Below, piece by piece: positions 18,403-29,800 of a stretch of 64,000 nt of DNA. The notes under the pieces were generated by a model. It did no database searches. It had not been told where the DNA came from and was given only the letters and a program-made list of their open reading frames with translations. The position numbers and the translations under genes are program-made. Position 1 is the first letter of the stretch. Each line of letters opens with the position of its first letter. Origin of the DNA: an uncultured virus (IMG/VR IMGVR_UViG_3300045115_000228) (taxonomy: Duplodnaviria; Heunggongvirae; Uroviricota; Caudoviricetes); the IMG/VR virus record IMGVR_UViG_3300045115_000228. One strand, written 5' to 3'.

Positions 18403-20445
18403 TCATCCGTTGGGATCATTGTTCCCTTGGACGTTGCCCATGGCGTTTTCGAGCCAGTCGCCCTTGCGCAGCTCCCTGATGGCGTCGTCCTTCGTGATGC
18501 CCGGGTTCTCGTCCATCATCCTGACGACGGCGTCGAGCGCCCTGCCGACGTCGGGCCCCGGCTTCAGGCCGAGCTCCAGCATGATCTCCCTGCCGTCGAG
18601 GACCGGCTTGACGCCGCGCCCCTTCTGCACCGCCATGTCCTTGGCGACCTCCGCCCCGTCCGACAGGAGCCGGAGGTAGCCCTCGCGCTCGGAGTCCTCC
18701 ACGGGGCCTCCCTTGGCGACGGCGTCCGCCGCGGCGATGTTGACGACGTCCTCCCAATCGATGCCGAGGGCCGCCATCTGCCGCACGAAGCGCCTGAGCG
18801 CCGACTTGTTGCTGTCGTACCTGTTCAGGTGGTGCGGCCGCATGTGCGACCCGACAAGGGCCTCGACGGGCTTGGAGAGCGGCTCCAGCTTGACGAAGCG
18901 CATGAACTCGCCGGCCACGTCGCGGCTGACGTCCTCGTGCCCGTGGTACGTCATCGTCCCGTCGTCCTTGGCCTGCCTTGAGGCCGAGTCCAGCTTGCCG
19001 GCGTCATGGAGCAGGGCGGCCATCATCACGAGGAAGACCTTGTCCTTGTCCCTGCCGCGGTACTTCCTTGCCACCCCCCTCGCCAGCGCCTTCGTGTGCT
19101 CGTCCCACGTGAGGTTGTGGTGCCGGCTCTTCTGGTCCATCGTCGGCGGCGACAGCCTCTCCGACCGCCCCGACTCGGCCGTGGCGTCGCGGAGCAGGTC
19201 CTCGAAGATGCCCGTGTCGATCAGCATCTCGACGGCCACCTCCGGGAAGCCCGACGACAGCATGTCCACGAGCTCGATGCCCTTCCTTTCGCGCGACACC
19301 TTGCGCCTGAGCTTCTCGCGCAGGTCGGGGGACCCAAGGGCGATCATCGCGTCGGGGGCCACCTTCCAGCCGTAGCGGGCGGCGAAGCGGATCGTCCTGA
19401 GCATCCGAAGGGGATCGTCGCTGAAAGTCTTCGCCGGGTCGAGCGGTGTGCGCACGACCCTGTCCTGGATGTCCCTGACGCCCCTCCCCGTGAAGTCCTC
19501 GACCTCGTCCCTGTTGACGTTGTAGAACAGGCAGTTGATGGTCAGGTCTCGCCTGTGGGCGTCCTCCTCGGCCGTGGCCCTGGTGGTGACGGGGATGCGG
19601 GAGTCTCCGCGGTAGACGTCGCGCCTCGCCTGCGCGACGTCGATCTCCAGCCTCGCGCCGGACGACAGGTCCATGTAGATCCTGGCGGTCTCGACGTGCT
19701 TGGACTGCTCCGGGTTGGAGCGGATGACATGGGGGTCGGACAGCCCGAGCTCCTCCGCGACGAGCCTGGCGAACGCGGGCCCGCCCATGTCGTCGACCAT
19801 CAGGTCGATGTCCTTGGGCTGGGCGCCCATCAGCTTGTCCCTGACCCACCCCCCGGCGGCCCTGACGGTCGTCCCCGGCGTCCGCCTCTCGACGACCCTC
19901 ATGAGGATGGCGAAGAGTTCTTGCTCGTCGGCCGTCAGCCTCCCAGACCTGGCGAACCCGGTAGGGTCGACCGTCGCCGAGGCCGTCTTGTCGATGCCCA
20001 GCCTGTCGGTGGGCTGCCACCTGTCCAGCATCCTCTGGATGACATCCTCGGGCACCCCGTGCGCGTTCCTGCGCGCCAACTCCTTGACGTCGAACTTCCA
20101 CGCGGTCTGCGGCTCGGCATATTTGACGGAGTAACCGAACTTGCTGGCAAGCCGGACATACACATTCGTTTCAGAAGCCGTAATGTTCGTATTGTCAACG
20201 ACCACGGGGGTTATCCCCATTTGCATTGCCTTCTCCACTCGCTCCTGATTGTAAAGGTGTGCCTCCCCAAGCAACTCGCGTCGGAAAAGATATTCGCCAT
20301 CGACCATGAAGAAGTCGTCCGCCGACAGGACGATCCCGCCGTCTTCCTCGGCGATCGCCCTGGCGCTCGTGCTCTTCCCGCTGCCGGGCAGGCCGCGCAT
20401 GATGACGAGCCGCTTGTCGTAACTCTGTGCCTTGACGATCCTCAT
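18403..20445 (-). CDS. P-loop (AAA_33/N4BP2-like) kinase fused to a CCA-adding/poly(A) polymerase and an HD domain
   Basis: Start MRIVKAQ after GGAGG; MRGLPGSGKS, VVDNTN; AGGWVRD, KDIDL, RRDLTIN, DDPLRMLR; LLHDAGK. Confidence 0.9.
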   Translation of the reverse strand: MRIVKAQSYDKRLVIMRGLPGSGKSTSARAIAEEDGGIVLSADDFFMVDGEYLFRRELLGEAHLYNQERVEKAMQMGITPVVVDNTNITASETNVYVRLASKFGYSVKYAEPQTAWKFDVKELARRNAHGVPEDVIQRMLDRWQPTDRLGIDKTASATVDPTGFARSGRLTADEQELFAILMRVVERRTPGTTVRAAGGWVRDKLMGAQPKDIDLMVDDMGGPAFARLVAEELGLSDPHVIRSNPEQSKHVETARIYMDLSSGARLEIDVAQARRDVYRGDSRIPVTTRATAEEDAHRRDLTINCLFYNVNRDEVEDFTGRGVRDIQDRVVRTPLDPAKTFSDDPLRMLRTIRFAARYGWKVAPDAMIALGSPDLREKLRRKVSRERKGIELVDMLSSGFPEVAVEMLIDTGIFEDLLRDATAESGRSERLSPPTMDQKSRHHNLTWDEHTKALARGVARKYRGRDKDKVFLVMMAALLHDAGKLDSASRQAKDDGTMTYHGHEDVSRDVAGEFMRFVKLEPLSKPVEALVGSHMRPHHLNRYDSNKSALRRFVRQMAALGIDWEDVVNIAAADAVAKGGPVEDSEREGYLRLLSDGAEVAKDMAVQKGRGVKPVLDGREIMLELGLKPGPDVGRALDAVVRMMDENPGITKDDAIRELRKGDWLENAMGNVQGNNDPNG

Positions 20446-20837
20446 TTCTCCTCCACGCTCCACCCTTCCCCCCTCGCGACTTCCATCAATGCTACCGGAA
20501 AACCCCTTGGCACGTCAAGGACATCCCCTTGGGCCCCAGACTCCGCGAGGATTCGCCTCACCAAGTCGAGCTGCGACCACCTGAAGTACAGGTAGGCGTC
20601 GCTGTGCCTGGAGTCCCTGTCGTCGGTGTCGGCGACGTAATGGCGAACCCCGAACTCCTCGGCCAAGGCCTTGAGCTGCTGGTGCGCTTCCCTCGTCTCC
20701 TCGTACCTCTCGATGTGGGCGGCGTCGTCCGGTCCTTGCGTGAAGAAATCCTTGTGGCCGGCGCCGAAGTCGTCGGCGCAGACGCACTCAAGGCTGACGT
20801 CCCAGTCGTCCACTTGTGCCACCCTGACGATCCTCAT
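20442..20837 (-). CDS. Hypothetical protein, N-terminus MRIVRVAQ
   Basis: 131 aa with ATGA overlaps on both sides. Confidence 0.75.
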   Translation of the reverse strand: MRIVRVAQVDDWDVSLECVCADDFGAGHKDFFTQGPDDAAHIERYEETREAHQQLKALAEEFGVRHYVADTDDRDSRHSDAYLYFRWSQLDLVRRILAESGAQGDVLDVPRGFPVALMEVARGEGWSVEEK

Positions 20838-23800
20838 TGGCTCCCCCCGAACAGCATCTTGACGGCCGCCACGACCCCCGGATGCGTGCCCCTTGGCAGG
20901 CGGGACAGGGGGAACCACCCGTGCTCGTCGCTCTCCCAGTTCAGCCGGATGTTCCTCTCGATGGTCGCCTTCTGGTCTGCCGTCACGTCCATCCTGAACG
21001 TCGTGTACTTGAAGTTGCCGAAGGGTATCGTGACGCTCCCGGCGGGAGTCCCATCGGGGTTGTGTCCCATCTCCTCTCCGACCTCGGAGTGGGCCGAGTC
21101 GCGCAGAGTGTCCTCATCGAACTCCACCCCCTCGCGTTCCTCGTCCTCGACGTGGCCCTCGGTCCCCTTGACGGCGCCGCCCGGTATCCCCCACATCCCG
21201 GGGTCGTACGTCTCGGACGACCTCTTGAGCAGGAGGATCGTGCCGTCGTCGGGGCAATGGTACATAACCCCCGACCCGGCAGTGCCCCAGGTCGTGGCGG
21301 TCATCTTGACCACGCCGCCAGACTCGGCGACTTTGTCGCCGACGAACCTGCCGGGGAACTGGTACATGAGGATCATCCTTGGGTCCGAGATCACCATCCC
21401 ATGAATCATCTGGTAGACGTCGTCCGAGTCGAACCCTCCGGCGACGAACTCGTCGAACTGCTTCTTCAGGGCAGGGACGGATGACATGACGACATTGAGC
21501 CTGTCCTTGTTGATCGTCCCGACGTCGAACGTCTCTTGCCCGGCCGGTTCCGCGGCGTCGGCGCAATCCTCCTTCGCCTCGCCCTTCGACCTTGCGTACT
21601 CCTCCTTGATCTCGCGCTCGGCGACGTCCGGGCCCGCCTGCTTGGCCCTCCTCAACCACGCCTTGTGGTCGCGCCAGTAATACCTGAACATAGGCAACGA
21701 CCATCCCTCAAGCTGAGCCTCAAGCACGCGGCTGAACCCCGATCGCAGGGGGTTCAGCTTGTGGTCGCCTTCGAGGGACACCGTCACGGGATGGGCCCCC
21801 GGCTTGACGAACGTGAAGTGCGTGCCGCTCGACCTCGCCTCCCTAAACCCAAGGAAGGTGCACAGGAAACTGCGGACATCCCCGGCCATCATTTCCGGCA
21901 CTCCGCAGTTCGACACCGCCGTCACGATCGGGCCATGGCGAAACGCCCTGATGCCGAACGGCTTCGACCTGTCCGGCTTGGACGCCCTGTACCTCCTGAC
22001 GAAGTCGGCGAACCACCTGCCCTTGGACTTGGCCGCAAGGAACGCCTCGTACTCCTCCCTCGGCACCCCGGCGAACGAGTACTCCCGGAAGTCGCGCATC
22101 TTGAACTCAAGCATCCCGAGGAGCTCGAAGTAGGCCACCTCGCGGATCGCCGACGACTCGACGGGCGTCCACTTGTCGCGGTATTCCGCGTCCAGCTCGG
22201 CGATCAGCTCGCCGTCGATGTCCCTCTCGGCGGACGCCGTCCGCCTGCCGCCGAGGTTGAGGATGTCGGAGGGGGCGACGCGAGGCAGGACATACTGGTA
22301 GCGCCCGGACTCGATGTCGGCGTCGTCCGGGTCGGGGGAGAGGTCGGCGAGCCGTGTCCTGATCTCAAGGACGACCGGTTCCCCTCCGTGCTTGGACACG
22401 GCGTTGTCGGCGTACCCGTCCATCGCGACCCCGCCCGACCGCAGGGACACGTAGACGCCCGCCGGAGCCTGCCCGAAGCGGTTGACGTCCTTCTTGCTGG
22501 GCAGAAGCCCCTCGCGCCTGATGCGGGGCAGGAGCCGCGTGCTCGTGGCGTGGAATGCCACGACGTCCTCGCCACCGATGACCCTCGCCGCGTCGTCGTC
22601 GACCATCCAGTTCACCTCGATCAGGCCGTCGTCCCGGATCCTCAGGCTGTACTTCTCGTCGGCGAAGTCCCGGAAGTACTCCAGGTCGAGCTTGCCGCGC
22701 TCCTCGCCCAAGTCCCTCATCCACTCGCCGAAGTTCGCGTCGTCCCTCTGCATCATCCGCATGGCGACGGGGCGCCACGCCTCCGCCTGCGCCAGCCTCT
22801 TGTGCCTGCGCTTGCGGTTCTTCTTCACGACGTCGCGGTCGAACTTCGTCCCGGCGCACTCCGGGAAGAGCTGGGTGTCGAGGTGCCCGTGCTGCGGGGC
22901 GTCGTCCACGCCGGTGTCGCGGTTCAGCCTCCCGGTCACGGCGATCCCGGAGGACGCCGACCCGAACGTCTCCTTGCTCCTGTGGCCGCCGCGCAGCCTG
23001 TCGTGGGCCACCTGGGGGTCGCGCGGCACGTAGATGAACTCGTGCGGGTCGCCCAGCGAGACGAGCTCGTCGGGGTAGACCTCGATCGCGAACACCCTCC
23101 ACTTCCGCCCGTGGAACTGCATCTCGCCGTGCCTCCTGGCGTACGGGAGGGACTCCGTGACATACGACCCCGGCATGATGCCCCCGATGGTGGCCGCGCG
23201 GAAGACCCTGATCTTCCTGCCGGCCTTGATGGCGTCCTTGAGGTGCAGGGAACCCGGCACCCCGTCGAGGGACCTGTCCCACCCCTTGCCGAGGACATCC
23301 TCGAACCTCCACTGGTCGTCGTACGAGGCGAGGTCGGCGAGCGTCTCGTGTCCCGACGCCCCGGCGCCCTCGCCCATCTCCGCGCGCCACTCGAACGACC
23401 TCCTCGGCGATATGCTGCCGCTCGCCGGCACGTCGATGTCCATGGACGCCAATTCCTCCGGCGTCGCTGGGAGCGTGGCGGCCATCTTCGGCACGCCGCC
23501 GGCGGGCCTGATCTGGGACGGGTCGAACGCGACGTAGACGTCGGAGACCATGGCCCCGTCGTGGAAGCCCCGGATGACGACCCCGTCGTGCCCAGCGTCC
23601 TTGGCGATCGGCACGAGCATAGGCGGAGACCACCTGTTCTCGCCCATCTCCTTGGACGTGACCTCAAGGGGGTTCTCGATCCTGAGGTGGTATCCCCTGA
23701 CGAACATGTCCTCCCCGCGAGCGTTGGCGGCGTTGTAGCGCCTGACGTGGGCCTTGCCGGCGCGCTCCGCGAGCTCCGGCGTCCCGAACGCGCCGCCGTT

Positions 23801-26800
23801 GAGCACGATGTTGCCGTCGTCGTCCGACGCGGCGTAGAACCACTCCTCGCCGTCCCCGTAGGACGACACGAGGTCCGGGTGGAGGCTGGCGGGGACGTCC
23901 CTGAAGTCGGCGAAGAAGGCGGCGTTGTCCGGTGCGGACGTGAAGAAGAATCCGCCGTAGTCGGGCCTGTCGACGAGACCCCTCGTGATGCCCGTCCCGA
24001 TGAGGTCCTTGCTGAACCTCTCGACCATCGGCTCCTTAGACCCGTGGTAGACGACGAGCGGCTGCCCGTCCTCTCCGACGACCTTGCTGTTGCCGAACCA
24101 CGACGCGGGCGGCTTGGCGGAGGCGAGCCTCGGCTGCGTCCCCCACATCGCGATGTCCGTCAGGGTCTTCGATCCTCCCTCCACGAACATGGCGGCGAGG
24201 TCTCCCCTCTGGTGGACGACGTTGAGCATCTGGTCGACGACGAGGAGTTGGGCCTCGGCCGTCTCGGCGGCCGCGAGCTGGAACAGGAGCCTCTCAAGCT
24301 TTGGCAGGCCGTAGTCGCTGACATACCATCTGCCATCCTTCGTCTCCATGCCATCGACGAGCCTCTCCCACTGCTTGTCCGTGAACTCGTGCCCGTGGTC
24401 CTTGATGGCCTCCCTCATGTCGACCATCGCGTGCCCGCTGATCTCGTTGGATATGCGGAGCCTGACGACGCCGTCGAACATCGCGTCCGCTATCTCGCGC
24501 ATCCCGGCCTCGTCCCTGACGAAGCCCATCTTGGCGTAGTCCGTCCATATCTTCTTCAGCCTGGCGGCCGGCACCAGCGGCCAGTTGACGAGCCACTTCC
24601 TCTTCCGATCCCTGTGGGCCCTGAACGACCCGACGATCTCGTCGATGATGGAGTCGTACCTTTCCAAGTGCCTTTCGGCGACGCGATCATGCGTCTCGTC
24701 GTCCGACGCGGCGATCTTGAGCGGGCGGGACGCCAGCCTTGCGAAGGACTCGTCGTCGGGGGCCTTGGCCACGAGGCCGTTCCTCTCGGCGTCCCTGGCC
24801 TTCGCCCTCGCGAACCCCAGCGCCGCCGCGTTGATCCTGTCGTCCATCTCGGAGTACCCCGTCATCCTGTCGGCGGCCAAGTCGTAGATCCACGTCCATG
24901 GCGTGTCGGAGGTCTCCATCTGCGAGAGGCCGAAGATCTCCTCGTGCGTGACGCCGCGCTTCGCGTTCCACCCCAGCGCTGCCCTCCTGGTGATGTAGAC
25001 GGCTTCCGACTTCAGGCTGTGGGCCATCGTGTAGCCGAAGATGGCGCCCTTGGCGTACTCCGGAGGCTTGCGTTCCGACAGGACTATCGGGAATCTCTCC
25101 GACGCCTGCTTCGCGACGTTGTCGGCGAGGGGGCCCACGATGCGTCCTCTTCTTGTCGAAAGCATGATGGCGGACGGGGGGATCGCCATCCCGTTGTAGG
25201 CCGGCTCGTAGGCTATCACCGACCCGTACTGGTGCTGCTCGATGACCTCTGGGAAGTCCTTGCGCCTGACGGCGACCCATGCGTCGCGCCCGAAGTCGCA
25301 CGGGCGGTCGGAGAACGACCCGGCGTCCATCCCCTCGGCGGCGATGGACGGCAAGTCCCTGGCCCAGCAGTTGTGGTAGACGTAGCGGTCATCCTTGGGG
25401 GCGTGCCGCGGAAATCCCGCCGGGAGCACTCTGGCCGTCACCTGGCCCTTGCCCCACTCCGACCTGGGCTTGCGACCGACGCTGGCGTCCATCGCCACCA
25501 GCTTCGCCTTGCTGGGGTCGAAGATGACGTAGTTCGTGAACCCCCACTCTTGCGAGCCAGAGGGGCCCCTGAAGTTGGCGTACTCGATCTCTGGCAGTAT
25601 CCTGATGCCGTCGTACCCCATCCCCTCGACGGTCTTCCTGAACGCGACCGGGTCGTCTCTGCCGTACATGAACCTTTGCAGGTACCTCGCCGCGTGGATG
25701 TCGTACAGCCTCCCGACGTTGACCTCGACGGTCATCACGTTGTGGCCGAAATACTTCGCGACGTCAGGCGACTCCGTCAGCCAGAAGCCTGGGACTTGGC
25801 TGCTTTCTTCGCCAGGCGTACCCTGCCCGCTAAGCTCCAGCGACGGGTCGAACCAGTCGAACATCTGACTGTCCGTCCCGTGGTAGGCGACGATCGTCCC
25901 CCTGGGGACGAACCCGCCTTCGGAATGTTTCTTGGACATCCTCGCCGCGATCGCCGCCACGTCGTCCTCCCCATGGTCGAGCCTCACGTGCTCGCCCCAC
26001 TCATGGAACTGCGTCCCAGGCTCGCGTGACGGCTCCTCCCCGACGTTGTCGAACTGCGCTTGGTAGTCTTCGAGGATCCCCCTTGCCTCTTCGGTGAAGA
26101 AGTCGTCCGTCGATGCGATGCGTATGTCGAAGTCAATGAGGGACGCCTGCGTCGCAAGACCCCACAGCTTCCGGTTCCTTCGTATGAACCTCCTCGCCTG
26201 CTCAAGGGCCTCGCCCGCGATCTCCTGCGACGCCTCAAGGTCCTCGACGCTGGAGTCCTCGATCCTCCACCCTCCTGGCTTGAGCGGCTCGGCGTCCGAC
26301 CCCAGCATGTTGGCGGCCACCGTCGCCTCGTCGCGCAGGCCGCGGGCGTCGGCGTAGCGGCCGTCCGGGGCTCGGCAGGCGGCGTGGGCGAGGATGCCAT
26401 ACTCCTCCCCTTCCGCCTCGTCCCTGACGAGCTCGTTGAAGACCACGATCGGCCATCCCGTGGCCTCATGGAGGGCGATGGCGAACTCCGGGCAGTACCC
26501 CCTGCAGAAGGATCCCGCGTCCAGCCTGGCACCCTTGGGGGAGCCGAGGCTTCCCGCGGTCGCCTCCAGGCCGTCCGCCGAGACGTCCTCCTGCCTGAAC
26601 CTCATGGACTGCGTCCGGCCCTTCCTGTCGAGGAAGAACCCCCAGACGTCGCCCTCCGGCAGGTCGACGGCCCATCCGCGCAGCCAGTACCTCCCGCCCA
26701 TGGTGCCCGTCAGGCGCAGCCTGGCGCGGCGAGGCTCCGTCCCCTTCATCCTCCCTGAATCGACCTTCGCCTTCACCCTCTCGATGGGCGGGAAGTCACC

Positions 26801-29800
26801 GTACGTGCGCTCGACGGACTGGGCGATCGTCGTCTTGGCGGCGAACTCCCTCTCCTTCTTGGCGAGGGCGTCGGCGACGTCCTGATCCGTGGAGTCGTCC
26901 CGGACGTCGATCGCGAAGGTGGATCCGTGCGACGGGGACCCGGCGCGCACGTCGTTGAAATACATCAGGCGGATGTCGTCATGGCTCTGCTCGCCTATGT
27001 AGGTGATCCCGAGCCTTGTCGCCACGCCGTGCGGATCGATGGCCGCGGTGACCGGCGCCGCCCCCGCCCTCCCGGGCGACATCCATGTCCTCCCGACGAG
27101 GACGAGGTCGCCCGCGGACTCCATCTCGCCCGTGCCCTGGTTGAAGCGGATGTCCCTCGGGTCCACCTTGAGGCGCATGACGATCCCTGGATCGTCCTTC
27201 GACCCCCTCATCTTGGCGTAGCCGGACGCCCCCTCGCTCCCGAACGCCGACCTGTCCCTGGCATGGCTGAAGTATGCGGGGCCGATGATGCGCCTGTCCT
27301 TGAGGATCCTCTCCCTGCTGCTGGCAGTCGTCCCATGCCAGACGTAGACGTCGTACTCGTACTTGTCGAGCGACAGGCGATAGCCCTCCGCATGGAGCTC
27401 CTTGAACAACGACATGGCGGCGTCCGCCTTCTCCCCCATTTCCCTGACATACTCGCCTGCCCTCCTGCGATCCCGCTCTCTCCACAGGGCGGCGTATTCC
27501 TCGACGAGCCTTGCCTGCTCCTCGTCGCCCGCCTTCCTCGCCCTCTCGACCTCGATGTGGAAGCCGCTGGGGTGGAGGGAGTCCATCCTGACGTTCCCGC
27601 GGACGGACAGGTCCTCGGCGTAGTCCTTGACGGTCATTGCGGCGAGCTCCGACATCCTATCGGTCTTGACCGATGCCGTCCTGATGTTGGCGACGTCTTC
27701 GGGGGTCAGTCTTGATTCCGCGACCTCGACATCCGCAACCTCCACATGCGCCCCTTCCCTCTTTTTCCACGAGTAGCCACCGCCGGTCTCGTAGACGGAC
27801 GGATCGATGTCGACGACGAAAGCGCACTTGAGGTCGTGGACGAGCAGGTAGGCGTGGTCGTCTCCGTCCTGTCCGCCGTCCGCAACGTCATAGCCGTGAT
27901 CGACGAGCACGCCCGCCATGGCTTGGGCGACGGCGTCGCACACGCCGCCGCTCCCGTACGTGGGGTCAACCCCATCCTCGTCCTGCTCCCATCCGTCAAT
28001 GACCTCGTTGGCGGCGGCGGCAAGTCCCGGGCGGAGAGCAAGCAGGGCGTCGCGCTCGACGGCCTTCGTGACAGGGTTTGTCACGTCGATGTCGAATGTG
28101 AACTCCTGCTGTTCTGGCGTCGGTTGGTTTCCGGCGTGCTTTATGATCACGTCGAACTTGCCAGACGCCACGCGCTCCCTTCCGACGATCCTGATCTGGT
28201 CGGGACGGAACGCCACGTAGTGCTTCTTCGTCCCATAGTCCTTGACGATCCCGTCGTACCCGAGGATTTTCGTGACCGCGTCGTTGAACGCCTTCGTGTG
28301 GCCGCGGTAGAAGTCGTTGGCTATCGCCCAGAGGGCCCTGATCGTCGCGTCCCCTCGCGAAAGCTGGGCGTACGCCTTCACGGCCTCGCCGATGACCTTC
28401 CCCCTGCCCTCGAAGCTCACGTCCCCCCAGTTCGCCAGGGCGTCCTCGAACTCCGGCGACGCCATGAGCAGCCTACGGATCTTGCCGGGCGGGATTGGGC
28501 CCGTGGCGTCGGCGTCCAGCGGGTTCCTGATGTCGAGCTCGACTTCGTGGATGGTCGGGGCGTCCTCCCCGCCAGGCTTCGGCTCGTCCTCCCTCCGCCT
28601 GGTGGTGTATCCGCGAGCCTCGTTCCTGTCGGTCGTGAAGTAGAACCCGCTGCCGATCTCGTCGTTGCCGACGCCCGTGAACTCGTACGAGAACTCCTTG
28701 ATGTCCGTCCCGCTGCCGTGGTAGGCGCGTATCGGGGTTTGGGTTGACGCTGTCTTGTTGGCCATCGCCCGGCTTGCGAGCCCTTCTGCGAGGCTTTCGC
28801 CGGCGCGCTTGGACGCCGCTTCCTCCACGTCCAGGCGGTCGAAGCCATGCTCCCGCATCAGCTCCGAGGCGACCTCCCCGTCAACGGACAGGACGTCTAC
28901 CTCTCGCGCCCCGTCGCGGATGGCCCTGGCGAGCCTGTGGTGCCCGTTCTGCAGCACGTACCCCTTGGGGTAGCGGAAGGCGAACAGGGGCTTGCCGTCG
29001 TCCCTCGTGGGCTTGGGGTCGTCGCGCCCGAAGGCCGCCGTCTCCGTCGGCTCAAGGGACGACGTCGGGACGCGCTCCCGCCTCGGATCGAGCCTGTCCG
29101 CCAGGTCGTCGGCCGACGGCGGGGCCCGCCGCCTGACCTCCTTGAACGGCGTGATCTGCTCCGGGCCTATCCTGCCTGCGACGCGCGCCCCGTGGCCGTA
29201 GACGAGGCTCTCGGCGAGGGAGTCGCCGAGGCCCTGGAACCGCTCGCCGCCCCAGTACCTCTTGTTCCTGAGCTGGTCCAGGTCCGGGCGGAGCCTCCTG
29301 ACGGTCAGGTCGACGGCGTAGACCACGATGTCCTTCCCGGGGTACGCCATCCTCGCGAAGTCCTCGGCCGACGTCGGGAACACGCTGAGGTAGACGTAGC
29401 CGCTCCCGCTCTGGTAGGAGTGGCGCCTCCTGCCGCTGGTCGGGAGCAGCCCCTTCTCCATGACGGGGTGCTCGGCGGACGTTCCGTGGTACATGCGGAC
29501 GAACCGGTTCGGGTCGGACCGGAGCCAGGCGGCGACCCTGCGGACGGCCTCCGGCGTCTCCGCGGAGTAGAAGAGGCCGTCTATCTCGGGGTCGCCCGTG
29601 AACCTGGCCTGCGCCGTCCTGACGACGACCGGGAACCCCTCGTCCCGCTCGGACTCCGCCTGCGCGACGTCCGCCTCGGCGAACGTGTCTCTGATGTACC
29701 TCCGCAGCGTGACGCCGTCGCCGTCGAGGGAGGACGGGTATGGCTCGCCCGGCCCCATGCGGAACTGCCGGCGCCACACGCGCACGGCGGCCTCCGCGAT

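Noticed and set aside
21536..26029. 1497-aa plus-strand ORF and other long antisense ORFs (e.g. 51228..54083, 60859..63771, 1117..2865)
   Set aside because: Shadow ORFs of high-GC minus-strand genes; no recognisable motifs or RBS.
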